Below are positions 19,915 through 29,639 of a stretch of DNA of 64,000 bases, piece by piece. Each line of letters starts with the position of its first letter. The stretch's first letter is position 1. The notes under the pieces were generated by a model. That model was not told where the DNA came from, made no database searches, and saw only the letters and a program-made list of their open reading frames with translations. The DNA lies in assembly GCA_000092065.1 (NCBI GenBank), contig CP000585.1. One strand, written 5' to 3'. Origin of the DNA: Ostreococcus lucimarinus. Its lineage: Eukaryota. A program made the translations under genes and the position numbers.

Positions 19915-22356
19915 TCACATCATCTTTCGAAAGTTCTCTCTAATTTGTTCTAGTTTGTGCGTCGGATTCGCGCTCTTTTTCATTTCCTTACCCGCGCATT
20001 CCACCGCTTCTTCGACGAGCAAATCGATGTCGTCGCCGATGCCTCGAAGGATGGCGTCAATTTCCGATCGGAGGCGTCGACATCGTTTCACGTCGATCGG
20101 CGTTAAAGCGTCATCGTCGACTTGATCGGATTTCGATTCCGCCTTCGAGCCATCGTCACCGATGGTTTGCGTCGCGGTAGTTTCCTTCGACTTGGCGCTC
20201 GCGCGAACGCGTGCGAGTTCTTCTTCGTAATCTTTGAGCATTTGTTTCGTTCGCGGGTTGAGGGTCGGATCGATTTCGTTGGAAATCGTTCGCATGCGAC
20301 ACGACGCGGCGTGGCCTTCCGCGTTGTACGGCGACACGTCTTCCTTCCCACAAGAACCGCACACGTGGTATCCAGAGCACTCGCCTTTCTTCTGCGAGCA
20401 AAATCCCTTCGCGCTACCGCCGAGGAGGGCCTTTTCAAACTCGCGAATGCCGACCATGGACTTCATGAAGTATAAAAAGCATGGTTGCTTGTTCGCGTCC
20501 GGAATCACACCGCACACAGAGTGCAGTTTACACTCTGGCTTGTGTTTGCCGCGTCCTTCTTCACCGCAGTGACCGCAAATGTGTCGAGAGTGACATCGAT
20601 CGCCCTTGCCGCACAACGCCCAGCCACCGCTGCTTCCGATTTTAAACTTTTGCGAGTCGCTCTCCATCTTGAAATAGTCTCCGAGAGAGTGCAAGTAGTA
20701 CTTTCGACACAAATCGACTGGAGCAGAGTCGGCGAAGACGGCGTGTAAGCGACACGTCGGTAAATGCGCGTCGTTGCCGCTCTTTCCGCACGCGCCGCAC
20801 ACGTGCTCGAGCATGCACTTGTCGCTGCGGGGACACAAATTCCAAACGTGCTTTTCTTGATCCCATCCGTTACGCAAAGCTCCGCCGGTGTCGTCCACGG
20901 AGTTCAAGTAATAATCCAAGCACACTTTGTTCTCCACGCGTTTATGAATGTTGGCGTAGAGTGACGGACACATTCCAAACGTGTGACGCGGCGACTCGCA
21001 GAGTTGACACACGTGTCGACTCACGCACCCGTTGCATCCGAACTTATCCCCGCGCAAATTAAACGCAGTGCATATTTCACCAGCCGACGGCTCGCGCTGC
21101 AGATCGCGGAACACGCTGTTCGTCGGTGGCGCGGAAACTTCCTCCTTGATGGAATCGTCGTCGAGCGCAGAATCGCCCAACGTCTCCGTGGCTTGACGAA
21201 GTATGCGCGATCGATTCAACAGATCTGTGAGTTCGGCCGGGGTGGCGTCCAGACCCAGTGCATCCGCTTCGAATCGACCGGCTGTGAGTTCGGCGAGGTC
21301 GATTTCGTCTGCATCGCCGCCACGAAGTCCGGAAATGTCTTCGTGCGGCGCCACGTCGACACCATCTTCTAGCGCGCCTCCGAGGACACCACTCGCTGAG
21401 GCGTCCACGGAAGAGAAAAACGGACTCAATTCTCTGTCACCCGCTGACGGGACGTTGTGCTCGAGTTGTTGATGCGAGTTCACCGACGGTGAAGTGTATC
21501 CGAGAGGGATGTTCGCGCCCACGCGCGCGTCTCCTGTATCACCTCCGAGAAGCGCCGCGGAAAAATCACTCATCATACTTTCGATGTAATCATCACCGCT
21601 CGCTCGCGCTGGCGCGGCTTCGCTCGGCGACGCGAAGGCTGGCGAAAAGAACGACGGCGACGCGGCGCCAAACGTACCCAGCGGCAGCGACGACGCACCA
21701 GGGCCGGACGCACTCCCCATCGGCGGTGTCTGCCCGTTCGTCGACGTCGGCCCACGAGTCGCGGTGCCCCCGCGCGTCGTTCGCGGCGTCAACATCGGCG
21801 ACTTCGTCCGAGTCGGTTGCCCCGTCGGTTGCCCCGCCGCGCGCGTCGGCGCCGGCGGCTCGCTCTGTATTATCCCTCCCGCTTCATCCTTCCTCAAAAT
21901 CCGCGGACTCGCCCCTTTCATGATCCCGCTCAACATCCCCAACACGTCTTGGTTCGTCGCTCCCATCATCTTCGCCGGCGGCGGTCCGCTCGGCGAGCCC
22001 TCCGTCGACGTCTCCCCGCGGTTCGCCGGCGCCCCGACGTTCGCGTTCGTCGCCTCACCATCATCCAGCACGCACACCCGTTCGCCGCGTTCCACTCGCA
22101 CCACGCGTATCGCTCGCGCGTTCACCAGCTCTCGCTCCACGTTCGCGTCGACGCACACGAATTCTTCCGCGTTCAGCGCCGCGCGCGCCGCGCTCGAGCT
22201 CACCAGCACCCGATCTGGGCTCTTCAGTCCGATCAGAATCACCCCGAGCCGTCCGCCGCCCGCCGAGCGCGTCTCGACGACGTATCGCTGTTTCTTCGTC
22301 CCGTCCGCGCCGAGCGCGAGCTTGAACACGCGCTTGGCGTCCGCGGGGGCGGGCAT
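19915..22356 (-). CDS. large protein with four tandem Cys-rich repeats (C-x4-5-C-x5-C-x2-C...H...C..H), unclassified zinc-finger-like
   Basis: ATG at 22356; 813 aa. The C-terminal half has four repeats of about 60 aa (consensus C..YYL.S...W..C...D.C..H.CG.CG.....H...C.LH). N-terminus and a Pro/Ser/Thr-rich linker are unrecognised. Confidence 0.5.
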   Translation of the reverse strand: MPAPADAKRVFKLALGADGTKKQRYVVETRSAGGGRLGVILIGLKSPDRVLVSSSAARAALNAEEFVCVDANVERELVNARAIRVVRVERGERVCVLDDGEATNANVGAPANRGETSTEGSPSGPPPAKMMGATNQDVLGMLSGIMKGASPRILRKDEAGGIIQSEPPAPTRAAGQPTGQPTRTKSPMLTPRTTRGGTATRGPTSTNGQTPPMGSASGPGASSLPLGTFGAASPSFFSPAFASPSEAAPARASGDDYIESMMSDFSAALLGGDTGDARVGANIPLGYTSPSVNSHQQLEHNVPSAGDRELSPFFSSVDASASGVLGGALEDGVDVAPHEDISGLRGGDADEIDLAELTAGRFEADALGLDATPAELTDLLNRSRILRQATETLGDSALDDDSIKEEVSAPPTNSVFRDLQREPSAGEICTAFNLRGDKFGCNGCVSRHVCQLCESPRHTFGMCPSLYANIHKRVENKVCLDYYLNSVDDTGGALRNGWDQEKHVWNLCPRSDKCMLEHVCGACGKSGNDAHLPTCRLHAVFADSAPVDLCRKYYLHSLGDYFKMESDSQKFKIGSSGGWALCGKGDRCHSRHICGHCGEEGRGKHKPECKLHSVCGVIPDANKQPCFLYFMKSMVGIREFEKALLGGSAKGFCSQKKGECSGYHVCGSCGKEDVSPYNAEGHAASCRMRTISNEIDPTLNPRTKQMLKDYEEELARVRASAKSKETTATQTIGDDGSKAESKSDQVDDDALTPIDVKRCRRLRSEIDAILRGIGDDIDLLVEEAVECAGKEMKKSANPTHKLEQIRENFRKMM

Positions 22357-22603
22357 CGCGCCGCGTTCGCGGACTCGACACGGCGCGGGCGGCGCGACGC
22401 GAAACCGCGCGCGCGGTCGCGGCGCGTCCGCAAACGCGGCGCCGAACGACGCTCGATGCGCGCGTCGACGTGCCGCGGGCGCGGGCGCGGGCGCGCGCGC
22501 GACGAGGGACGCTCGCGGGACGCGGAGTGACGCGACGGGAGGTTGGCAGTCAACCGCCGGGGCGCGCGAGGCGGGCGACGAAGGAATCGAATGACAACTC
22601 GAG

Positions 22604-23670
22604 CTACTTCTTGCGCCTGACGGCTGGCTTGCGCTTCTGCGCCGGTTTACGCTTCGTCGCGGGCCTGCGAGCGGACGCGCCCGAGGCTTTGGAGGTCTCC
22701 GCGGCGCGCTTGCGCTTGGCGCCGACGGCGACGTCTTCGTCGTCGACGTCTTCGTCCTGGTCGAAGAGCGAACCGACGCCGAAATTCTCCATGCCGCCCA
22801 TCGCGCTCGGGTCTTCGCGAAGCTGCACGAACTCGCGGTGTACGCTCTCGATCTTGGCTACGTCGGCGTTGACGGCGACGACGACGACGGTGCCGGCGCT
22901 CGAGACGACGCGCGCGTTGTACATCACGCCCTTCATGTCAACCTTGAGCGCGCGCGAGGACTCGGCGAGCCAACGACCCACGGCGCCGGTATCGCCGTCT
23001 AAATCCACCGCCTCTCCGGCGCCTTCGATCTCAAACAAAACCTTGGACTTACCGCCTAAATTCGCCGTCGCGACGAGCTCCACGGCTGTCGAAGACGACT
23101 CCGCCGCCGGCTTCGCCGCGAGCGCCTTCGCCGTCTTCCCTTCGCTCGCCTTCGCCGCGTCGCCCGTCTCCCTCGCCGTCGTCGTCCCCATCGCGTCCTC
23201 ATCGCCACCACCGTCCCTCACCGCCGCCCTCGCCTCGTTCTCCTTCCCGTCGTCCGCGTCCACGATTCTCAAATCGTCGTCGCTCGACGAAGCCGCCGCC
23301 GCCGTCGCCGCCGCGCGCGTCCGCTCCGGCGACTTAAATTTCTCCACCCACGCCGGTTCGCTCTCGCTTCCCGATCCATCGTCGTCCGCGATCGTCGGCA
23401 GCGTCACCGTTCGTTTCTTCGTCGGCGTCGTCGTCGCCGTCTATCGCGCGTCGCGTCGTCGTTTCGTTTCGTTGCGTCAGTCGGTCCGCCGCGTTTGAAT
23501 TCCAGACAGCTCGTCGCGCGCGCGTCGCCATCCATCCATCCATCCATCCATCGTCGTCGCGTCGCGTCGTCGTCGTCGCGCACCTCGATCGGACTCGCGA
23601 CGGCGCGCAGCAGACTCGGTAACGGTTTGAACTCGTCGTCGTCGCTCGAGTCGTCGTTGATGACGATCAT
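22604..23670 (-). CDS. hypothetical acidic protein with basic C-terminal tail (NLS-like); exons 23670..23584 and 23440..22604
   Basis: Exon 1 MIVINDDSSDDDEFKPLPSLLRAVASPIE ends at a GTGCGCGACGAC donor. Intron 23441..23583 contains (ATGG)6 and branch point CCGACTGACG with acceptor GCGATAG. ORF-track start at 23407 is GTG inside exon 2. Ends ...KRKPAQKRKPAVRRKK. Confidence 0.45.
23441..23583 (-). other. intron (143 nt) containing a (CCAT)6 microsatellite
   Basis: On the minus strand: donor GTGCGCGACGACGACG, branch point CCGACTGACGC, acceptor ATAG. Phase 0 on both sides. Confidence 0.5.
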
Positions 23671-23758
23671 CGGCGCGAATCGATCGACCGCGCGCGTCGA
23701 AGAGTGACGCGATCGACTCGACGTCAATCATCGACGCGTCGCGCGTCGCGCGCGCGCG

Positions 23759-24691
23759 ATGCCGCGCTTGGAGCTCGAGCGCGATGACGTGCGAATAACG
23801 CCGACGCGCGGGCTCGGGTTCGCGTGCGAGACGGTGTCGCCGAAGCGCGACGGCGAGGCGATGAAGTCGACGGAGGTTGGTTCGGTGCTGCTGTTGCACG
23901 GATTGAATTCGCACGCGACGAACCCGAACGCGCGCGCGATGGCGGTGGCGCTCGCGAAACGAGGGATGCGAGTGATATCGTTCGATCTGCCGGGACACGG
24001 GGCGTGCGAGAGCGATGGGGACGCGCGAGGGGTGTACGCGGGGAAGGAGGCGGCGTTGGCGCGGGCGCGAAGCGCGTTGGCGGCGACGGCGACGGAAAGA
24101 TTCACGATCGTTGGATCGTCCATGGGAGGCGCGTTGGCGATATTTTGCGCGAATGCGATGCGCGGCGAGGAGGGACGCGCGGTCGAGCGCGTGGTGTTGA
24201 TAAATCCGTTGATGAAGATGAAGATGGCGCTGCCGCGCGTCGCGTTGGCGGCGCTGCGACTGGCGAGCTACGCGGCGCCGCGGTTGGAGGTGTCGCCGAA
24301 ACCGAGGGATAAGCTCGACGTGGACGAAGATCAGAGACCTGACTTTGACGACGAGGCGCAGGCGCAGTGCGACGCGGACGCGTTGAGCTGGGATAAAGGG
24401 GTGTCGTTGCGCACGGCGGTGGAGCTGTACGATTTAGTAGCGCACAACGCGGGAAATCGGCCGGAAGATTGCGGCATGGTGCGCTTGAGCTTCGAGACTC
24501 CCGTCTTACTCATCACGGGCGGACGCGACAACGTCATCTCGCCCGACACCGCCATCGATCGCGCGAAATTGGCCGTGCAAGCAGGTGGGAAGGCGGAGCA
24601 CGTGCAGTTCGCGCTCGCCGGGCACTCGTTGACTTTGCAAAGTCGCAGAGAAGAAGTGTTCGATCTCGTCGCGAATTGGCGATGGAAGTGA
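23759..24691 (+). CDS. alpha/beta-hydrolase (lysophospholipase / monoacylglycerol-lipase-like)
   Basis: LLLHGLNSHATNP...RVISFDLPGHG and nucleophile elbow GSSMGG. ATG at 23759. Confidence 0.7.
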   Translation: MPRLELERDDVRITPTRGLGFACETVSPKRDGEAMKSTEVGSVLLLHGLNSHATNPNARAMAVALAKRGMRVISFDLPGHGACESDGDARGVYAGKEAALARARSALAATATERFTIVGSSMGGALAIFCANAMRGEEGRAVERVVLINPLMKMKMALPRVALAALRLASYAAPRLEVSPKPRDKLDVDEDQRPDFDDEAQAQCDADALSWDKGVSLRTAVELYDLVAHNAGNRPEDCGMVRLSFETPVLLITGGRDNVISPDTAIDRAKLAVQAGGKAEHVQFALAGHSLTLQSRREEVFDLVANWRWK

Positions 24692-24753
24692 GGTGAGGAT
24701 GTAATGATAATATCGGCTATTTCTTGTACACGACGTCCATCGGCTAAGAGATC

Positions 24754-25572
24754 CTATGCGACCGTTTTGTAAATGGTCAAAGACACGCCGAGTACGACGA
24801 GAATTAATATCGCGTCCATGCAAAATTTTCTCGTCGAGCGAATCTTCGTCACCGCCTCCTTCAACCGGGAGTTCGCCGTTCGCATGTCCGCGTTCACGGA
24901 ATCGAGCTTATCTTCGATCGCATCCGTGATCGGTTGCTGACGGCGCATCTCCTCTTGCATCTCGCCCCCGATGTCCTTCAACACGCCCAAACCGCGCGAG
25001 ATGACGTCCAAGCCTTTGTCTTGCTTGGCTTTCCGAGCTTCAAACTCTTGTCTAAACGCTTCGCTCGCCTCGCTTTGCTCCATGTTCAAGAACGGATTCG
25101 CACTCGATCCCGGATCGGCGTCGCTCGAGATGTTCACCACGGTCGACGTCCCCCCGAATCCCCCCGCCGGCTTTTTCTTTTGCGGCGGCAACCCGCGCGT
25201 GACGCCATCCGCCACCGCCTCGACTCGATCCTCCAAATTATCCACAATCTCCAACATCGCACGCACGTCATCCTCCGTCGTCCCCGCACTCTTCACCCTC
25301 GCGACCTTCCTCAGCTTCGGCAGCTCCCCGCGCAGATAATTCTTCCCTCGACGCACCTCCGCGTTGAGCGTCGCCACCGTCGCTCGATTTCGTTCGCTCT
25401 TCACCGCCGCCGCCTTTTCAATCAATTCTTCCAAAACCGTCTCCGAATTCGTCAGCATCGCCGCGAACGCATCGGTACCGCGTAATTTCGATATTCTCTC
25501 CTCCACCTGCGCCGTGGTCTCCGTTTTCGGGAGATAGGCGTCGTATCTATCGCCGTTCGCGCCACCTGGTCA

Positions 25573-25604
<32 letters not shown>

Positions 25605-25744
25605 TCGTCTCCCTCTCGTCCGCCCCGCGTCCCACCGCCGCGCCTCTCCTCGTTCGACGACGCGCATCGCTCGCGTTTTCGCCCTCGCACGCACTTCTTC
25701 AACAGCGCGTCCGCGCGCGCGAGCAAATCTCCCGCCGACGCCAT
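24754..25744 (-). CDS. Qc-SNARE syntaxin SYP71-like; exons 25744..25695 and 25546..24754
   Basis: Collinear with plant SYP71: SNARE motif (QDKGLDVISRGLGVLKDIGGEMQEEMRRQQPITDAIEDKLDSV) and C-terminal TM (FCMDAILILVVLGVSLTIYKTVA). Exon 1 MASAGDLLARADALLKK joined to exon 2 ...KYDAYLPKTETT reproduces SYP71 MTVIDILTRVDSICKKYDKYDVDKQ. ORF-track start 25506 is GTG. Confidence 0.7.
25547..25694 (-). other. intron (148 nt) of SYP71-like gene containing a (GAC)10 microsatellite
   Basis: Minus strand: GTGCGTGCGAGG donor, (GAC)n immediately followed by branch point GACTGACC, acceptor GATAG. Phase 2 is consistent on both sides. Confidence 0.65.
25573..25600. repeat. (GTC)n trinucleotide microsatellite, about 9 units
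   Basis: Direct read gtcgtcgtcgtcgtcgtcgtcgtcgtcg. Lies inside the SYP71 intron next to the branch point. Confidence 0.9.
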
Positions 25745-25950
25745 GCGCGCGCAAACGTCTTCCCGTCGTCGCGATTCCCGTTTTCCCGTCCCGTTTCCCC
25801 GTCGTCGCGCGCCCCCGTCGCCGCCGATCGACGCGCTCGACCGTCCGTCGTCGATCGACGCGTCCTCGATGTCGCGTCGCGCGTCGCGCGTCGCGCGGCG
25901 TCGCGTTTTGCCGTTCGATTCGCAGCGCGTCGTCGTCAGAATCGCGCGGG

Positions 25951-26997
25951 ATGTCGCGCGGCGCGCTCGAGTTCGCGCCCCATCACGCGCTGGGCGGCGG
26001 CGTCCTGCTCGGCCTGGCCGTGATCGGCAAGCTCGCGCTCACCGGGCGCGTGCTCGGCGTGAGCGGCGCGTTCAAGGGGCTCGTGCGGGGCGATCGCGCG
26101 CCGTGGCGCGTCGCCTTCGTCGGTGGTTTGCTCGCCGCGGGGGCGTGCGCGCGCGAACTCGGCGCGCTGGACGCGAGCGTGTCGACGGCGATGGTGAGCG
26201 GCGCGCGCGCGGCGTGCGCGGGGGCGCTGGTCGGCGTCGGCACGGCGATGGGACGGGGGTGCACGAGCGGGCACGGCATCGTCGGCAACTCGCGGCTGAG
26301 CGCGCGGAGCGCGGCGTACACGGTGACGTTCATGCTGGCGGGAGCGGTGACGGCGACGATGTTCGACACGAACGAGGCGCTGGGGGTGGACTCGACGCGA
26401 TACACGCTCGGGCGAGGGGCGCGGAGCGCGGAGGCGGATGAATTCGGGCTGTGGGTAAAAGTCGGCGCGGCGAGCGCGTGCGCGTTCGCCGCGGCGTGGT
26501 TTTACATCGCGCGCGCGATCAAGACGGGGAGTGACGATGGGAAGGAGGGACCGAGCGCGGCGAAGCGACACGCGATCGACGTCGTCGTCGACGGCGCCGC
26601 TGGGTTTACGTTTGGCCTAGGGCTGGCGGTGAGCGGGATGATGTCGCCGGCCAAAGTGTCGGGATTTCTGAGCGTCACGCGAGCGTCTTTCGACCCTTCG
26701 TTGATGTTTGTCATGGGCGGCGCGATGGCGGTGACGATGATCGGCATGCGCGTCATCGGCGCGCACACCGGTCGCCGACCGGCGTGCTCGTACAACTCGT
26801 TCGACTTCTCGTCGAACACCAAAATCGATAAACCTCTGCTGTTGGGCGGCGTGTTATTCGGCGCGGGCTGGGGCTTGGCCGGCATTTGCCCCGGTCCCGC
26901 CATGGTGTCCTCCGTCGCGACGCCGAGCGCGGAAAACTTGATGTGGATCGCCTCCTTCATCGCGGGCATGTGGGCGCACGAACGCGCCGCCGGGTGA
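25951..26997 (+). CDS. YeeE/YedE-family membrane protein (two-domain putative sulfur-compound/thiosulfate transporter)
   Basis: Duplicated polytopic halves, each with a conserved Cys-Gly motif (GRGCTSGHGIVG; GLAGICPGPAMV). Hydrophobic throughout. ATG at 25951. Confidence 0.7.
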   Translation: MSRGALEFAPHHALGGGVLLGLAVIGKLALTGRVLGVSGAFKGLVRGDRAPWRVAFVGGLLAAGACARELGALDASVSTAMVSGARAACAGALVGVGTAMGRGCTSGHGIVGNSRLSARSAAYTVTFMLAGAVTATMFDTNEALGVDSTRYTLGRGARSAEADEFGLWVKVGAASACAFAAAWFYIARAIKTGSDDGKEGPSAAKRHAIDVVVDGAAGFTFGLGLAVSGMMSPAKVSGFLSVTRASFDPSLMFVMGGAMAVTMIGMRVIGAHTGRRPACSYNSFDFSSNTKIDKPLLLGGVLFGAGWGLAGICPGPAMVSSVATPSAENLMWIASFIAGMWAHERAAG

Positions 26998-27219
26998 TTC
27001 GTCGCGCGATTCGATCCCGTCGACGCTCGTCGTCGATCATTGTGTCAATAATATAATGTAATACTACCTTGTACCTCTGCTTTCAATATCACGAGCGCTC
27101 GTTCGCGTTGGCGTCCGCGTCCGTCGCCTTCGCGCGCCGCTCGCGCGACGCCGCGTCCGCGTTCTCGGAAAAATCTCGTCCAGACCTGACCCTGGAGCTG
27201 CGGCACAATCGCACGCGTC

Positions 27220-28024
27220 ATGGCCTCCACCTCGTGCGCCTTTTCCGTCACCGCGCGTCCGCGCGCGACGAACAAATCCACCGCTCGCGGTAAACGCGTC
27301 GTTCGCGCCCGCGCGGCGGACGCCGAGGCCGCGCCGGCGGTGGATGTGAGCTCGACCGAGGTGCGATCGCGACGCCTCTTCGCCATCGTTTTCGCGCGCG
27401 CGACGCGAACGACGCGCGCGAGCGCGCGCGAAACGCGGCCGAGACGCGGATGCGATCGCGTCGCGTCGCGGGGGTCGACGACGCGGCGCGCGCGATCGGA
27501 GGCGCGATGAAAGAGACGCGGATATGCGAAAGTTATCCATAAAGACGACGAAGGCGCGCGGCGACGGGAGGACTGACGACGAAGGCGCGCGCGCGCGACG
27601 AACGCAGGTGAAGCAGTTCTACTACTGCGTCGCGAACGCCGATTTTATGCTCAACGATGAGAACAACGAGCACTTCCCGGAGATTTTGCGCGAACGACGA
27701 CGATTCTTCAAGGAAAAGTCCAAGCCGCAAGACTTTTGGATCGTGCCGAACCCGGCGTTTTTGGACGCGATGCCGGACGTGAAGAAGAAGATTCGTCAGC
27801 CGTGCGTCGCGGTCGTCACCACGGACAAAGTTTGGAACGATTTCGTCAAGTTGCGCATGGATAGAGTGTACAAGGGCGGCGTCGAGGGCGCGGTGTGCGA
27901 TATTTTGAAGAGCTCCGCCGCCATCGATCCGAACGCGTTCCCGGCGCCGACGAATTGGACCGCGCCGTACGCCAAGTACGCCGCGGGTTGGTGGAACGCC
28001 TTCGAGCCCAACGGTGGATTTTAA
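27220..28024 (+). CDS. Ycf54-like (DUF2488; Mg-protoporphyrin monomethyl ester cyclase accessory) plastid protein; exons 27220..27360 and 27608..28024
   Basis: Exon 1 is a transit-peptide-like MASTSCAFSVTARPRATNKS...VDVSSTE ending at a GTGCGATCGCG donor. Intron has branch point GGACTGACGACG and acceptor ACGCAG. Exon 2 VKQFYYCVANADFMLNDENNEHFPEILRERRRFFKEK..DFWIVPNPAFL resembles Ycf54 (from memory of cyanobacterial Ycf54). ORF-track N-terminus 27524 is translated intron. Confidence 0.5.
27361..27607 (+). other. intron (247 nt) of Ycf54-like gene
   Basis: GTGCGATCGCG donor. GGACTGACGACG branch point about 35 nt upstream of CAG acceptor. Phase 0. Confidence 0.5.
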
Positions 28025-28205
28025 TATTCTTCGCGGCATCACGACGCGTTTCCCGGCCGCTTAGCGTTTCATAGCCGTAGCGATTCTCGTTTCGATGTCA
28101 TCGACGCCTCACCTCCACTAATCTTTTCACTCATCTTTCAATCGTGCGCACGCGCGCGCGGCGCCACTCCGAGTCGTCGCGCGCGGACGGTCGAACCCGT
28201 GAGCG

Positions 28206-29588
28206 ATGATCGCATCGCGCGCGCGAATCGCCGTCGCCCCTCGACGCGCGCTCGCGTCCTCGCGCGCGCGTTCGCCCGCGCTCGCGTCGACGTCGTCGAT
28301 GAAACTCTCGCGCGCGGCGACGCCGCGACGCGTCGCGGCGACGCCGCGCGCGGCGGTCGACGCCGAGCGCACGGTGCGCGAAATGTACGAGCGAATCAAC
28401 GCTCGAGACGTCGACGGTGCGCTCGCGTGCGTGGATGAGAACGTGGTTTACGAGGATTTCAACTTTCCGGCGCCGTTTCGAGGCAAGGCGGCGGTGAAGA
28501 AGCTGTTCGAGGAGAGCTGCGAGGGCATACCGGACGATTTGACGTTCGTGATCGATGCGTCGACGTGCGGTGGGGACGCGGTGGGGCTGACGTGGCACGT
28601 GGAGCTGATGGGGGAGGCGTTTCCGAACGCGCGCGGGTGCTCGTTTTATCGCGTAGACGAGACGAACGGAAAGTTGGTCTACGCGCGGGATTGCGTGGAG
28701 TCGCCGTTGAAGCCGGGAGAGGCGAGTTTTGGGATCATACGGCTGGTGGCGCCGTTGGTGAAGAAACAAATCGCGGCGAAGAGGGGTGAGGGCGGCGGTG
28801 GAGACGGCGCCGTCGAGACGGCGAAATCCTCGTCTTCGGACGCGGGCGGAAACGCACTGGTGAGCGCGGCGTTTTGGCTCGCGGGCGCGGCGTACTGGTA
28901 CGTCTTGTTATTGTCACCTTCGGATAATCCGATTCCGGGTGACCCGGCGTATGCGATTAAGCCCGAGACGCTGCAAGAAGTCATCGCGGAATCAACAGAC
29001 TTCTTTTTCGTGCTTCCCGTGTTGAATAAGTTCGGGATTGACGCGTTAGGCACGGCGCCGGCGGTGCACCCCGTGTCTCTCGGTGTGTTCAACTTTGCGG
29101 AGGCATTCATTTTCATGCTACTCCCGCTGTACTTTATGGACAAACGGGGAAGAGATTTGCCTACGACGAAAATGTGGTCCATCGGTATGTTTCTTACGAA
29201 CGCCGTGTTGTTACCGTACATGGCGATTCGCGCGGCGACGCCGGTTCGTGATTGGAACCCGGAGTCAAATGCGAACGTGGATGGCTGGCGCGAGACGCGA
29301 TTGGGGGAAAAGGGCGTGATGAGTAAACTCTTTGGCGGTTTCGGACTCGCCGTCGGGCTTCTGTCAGTGTATTGGACTTTGTTTGAAGACCCCTCCGCGG
29401 GTGGGCTCAGCGAGCGGGCGGCGTACTTCAATAACCTGATGCACACCGATCGAGTCAGCGTGGCTTTTGTCGTAGATATCGCGCTTGTGTGCTGCTGGCA
29501 AGCTTACTTTATGAAATCTCTCGACAAGGACTCGGGCGCGCTCGCGTACATTCCGTATTGGGGATTATGCATTTGGCTGTTGATGTAG
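28206..29588 (+). CDS. NTF2/SnoaL-like domain fused to a polytopic membrane domain; probable transit peptide
   Basis: N-terminal transit-like leader, then a SnoaL-like fold (REMYERINARDVDGALACVDENVVYEDFNFPAPFRGKAAVKKLFEE...GCSFYRVDETNGKLVYARDCVESP), then about 6 predicted TM helices. Confidence 0.5.
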   Translation: MIASRARIAVAPRRALASSRARSPALASTSSMKLSRAATPRRVAATPRAAVDAERTVREMYERINARDVDGALACVDENVVYEDFNFPAPFRGKAAVKKLFEESCEGIPDDLTFVIDASTCGGDAVGLTWHVELMGEAFPNARGCSFYRVDETNGKLVYARDCVESPLKPGEASFGIIRLVAPLVKKQIAAKRGEGGGGDGAVETAKSSSSDAGGNALVSAAFWLAGAAYWYVLLLSPSDNPIPGDPAYAIKPETLQEVIAESTDFFFVLPVLNKFGIDALGTAPAVHPVSLGVFNFAEAFIFMLLPLYFMDKRGRDLPTTKMWSIGMFLTNAVLLPYMAIRAATPVRDWNPESNANVDGWRETRLGEKGVMSKLFGGFGLAVGLLSVYWTLFEDPSAGGLSERAAYFNNLMHTDRVSVAFVVDIALVCCWQAYFMKSLDKDSGALAYIPYWGLCIWLLM

Positions 29589-29639
29589 CTCGTTTAAAAA
29601 GAATTGTTTCGCGCTTTCGCGTATTGAATAACGGTACGA

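Noticed and set aside
27524-27607. N-terminus MRKLSIKTTKARGDGRTDDEGARARRTQ of the listed 27524..28024 ORF.
   Set aside because: It is translated intron sequence, containing the GGACTGACGACG branch point and ending at the CAG acceptor. The real N-terminus is the transit-peptide exon at 27220..27360.
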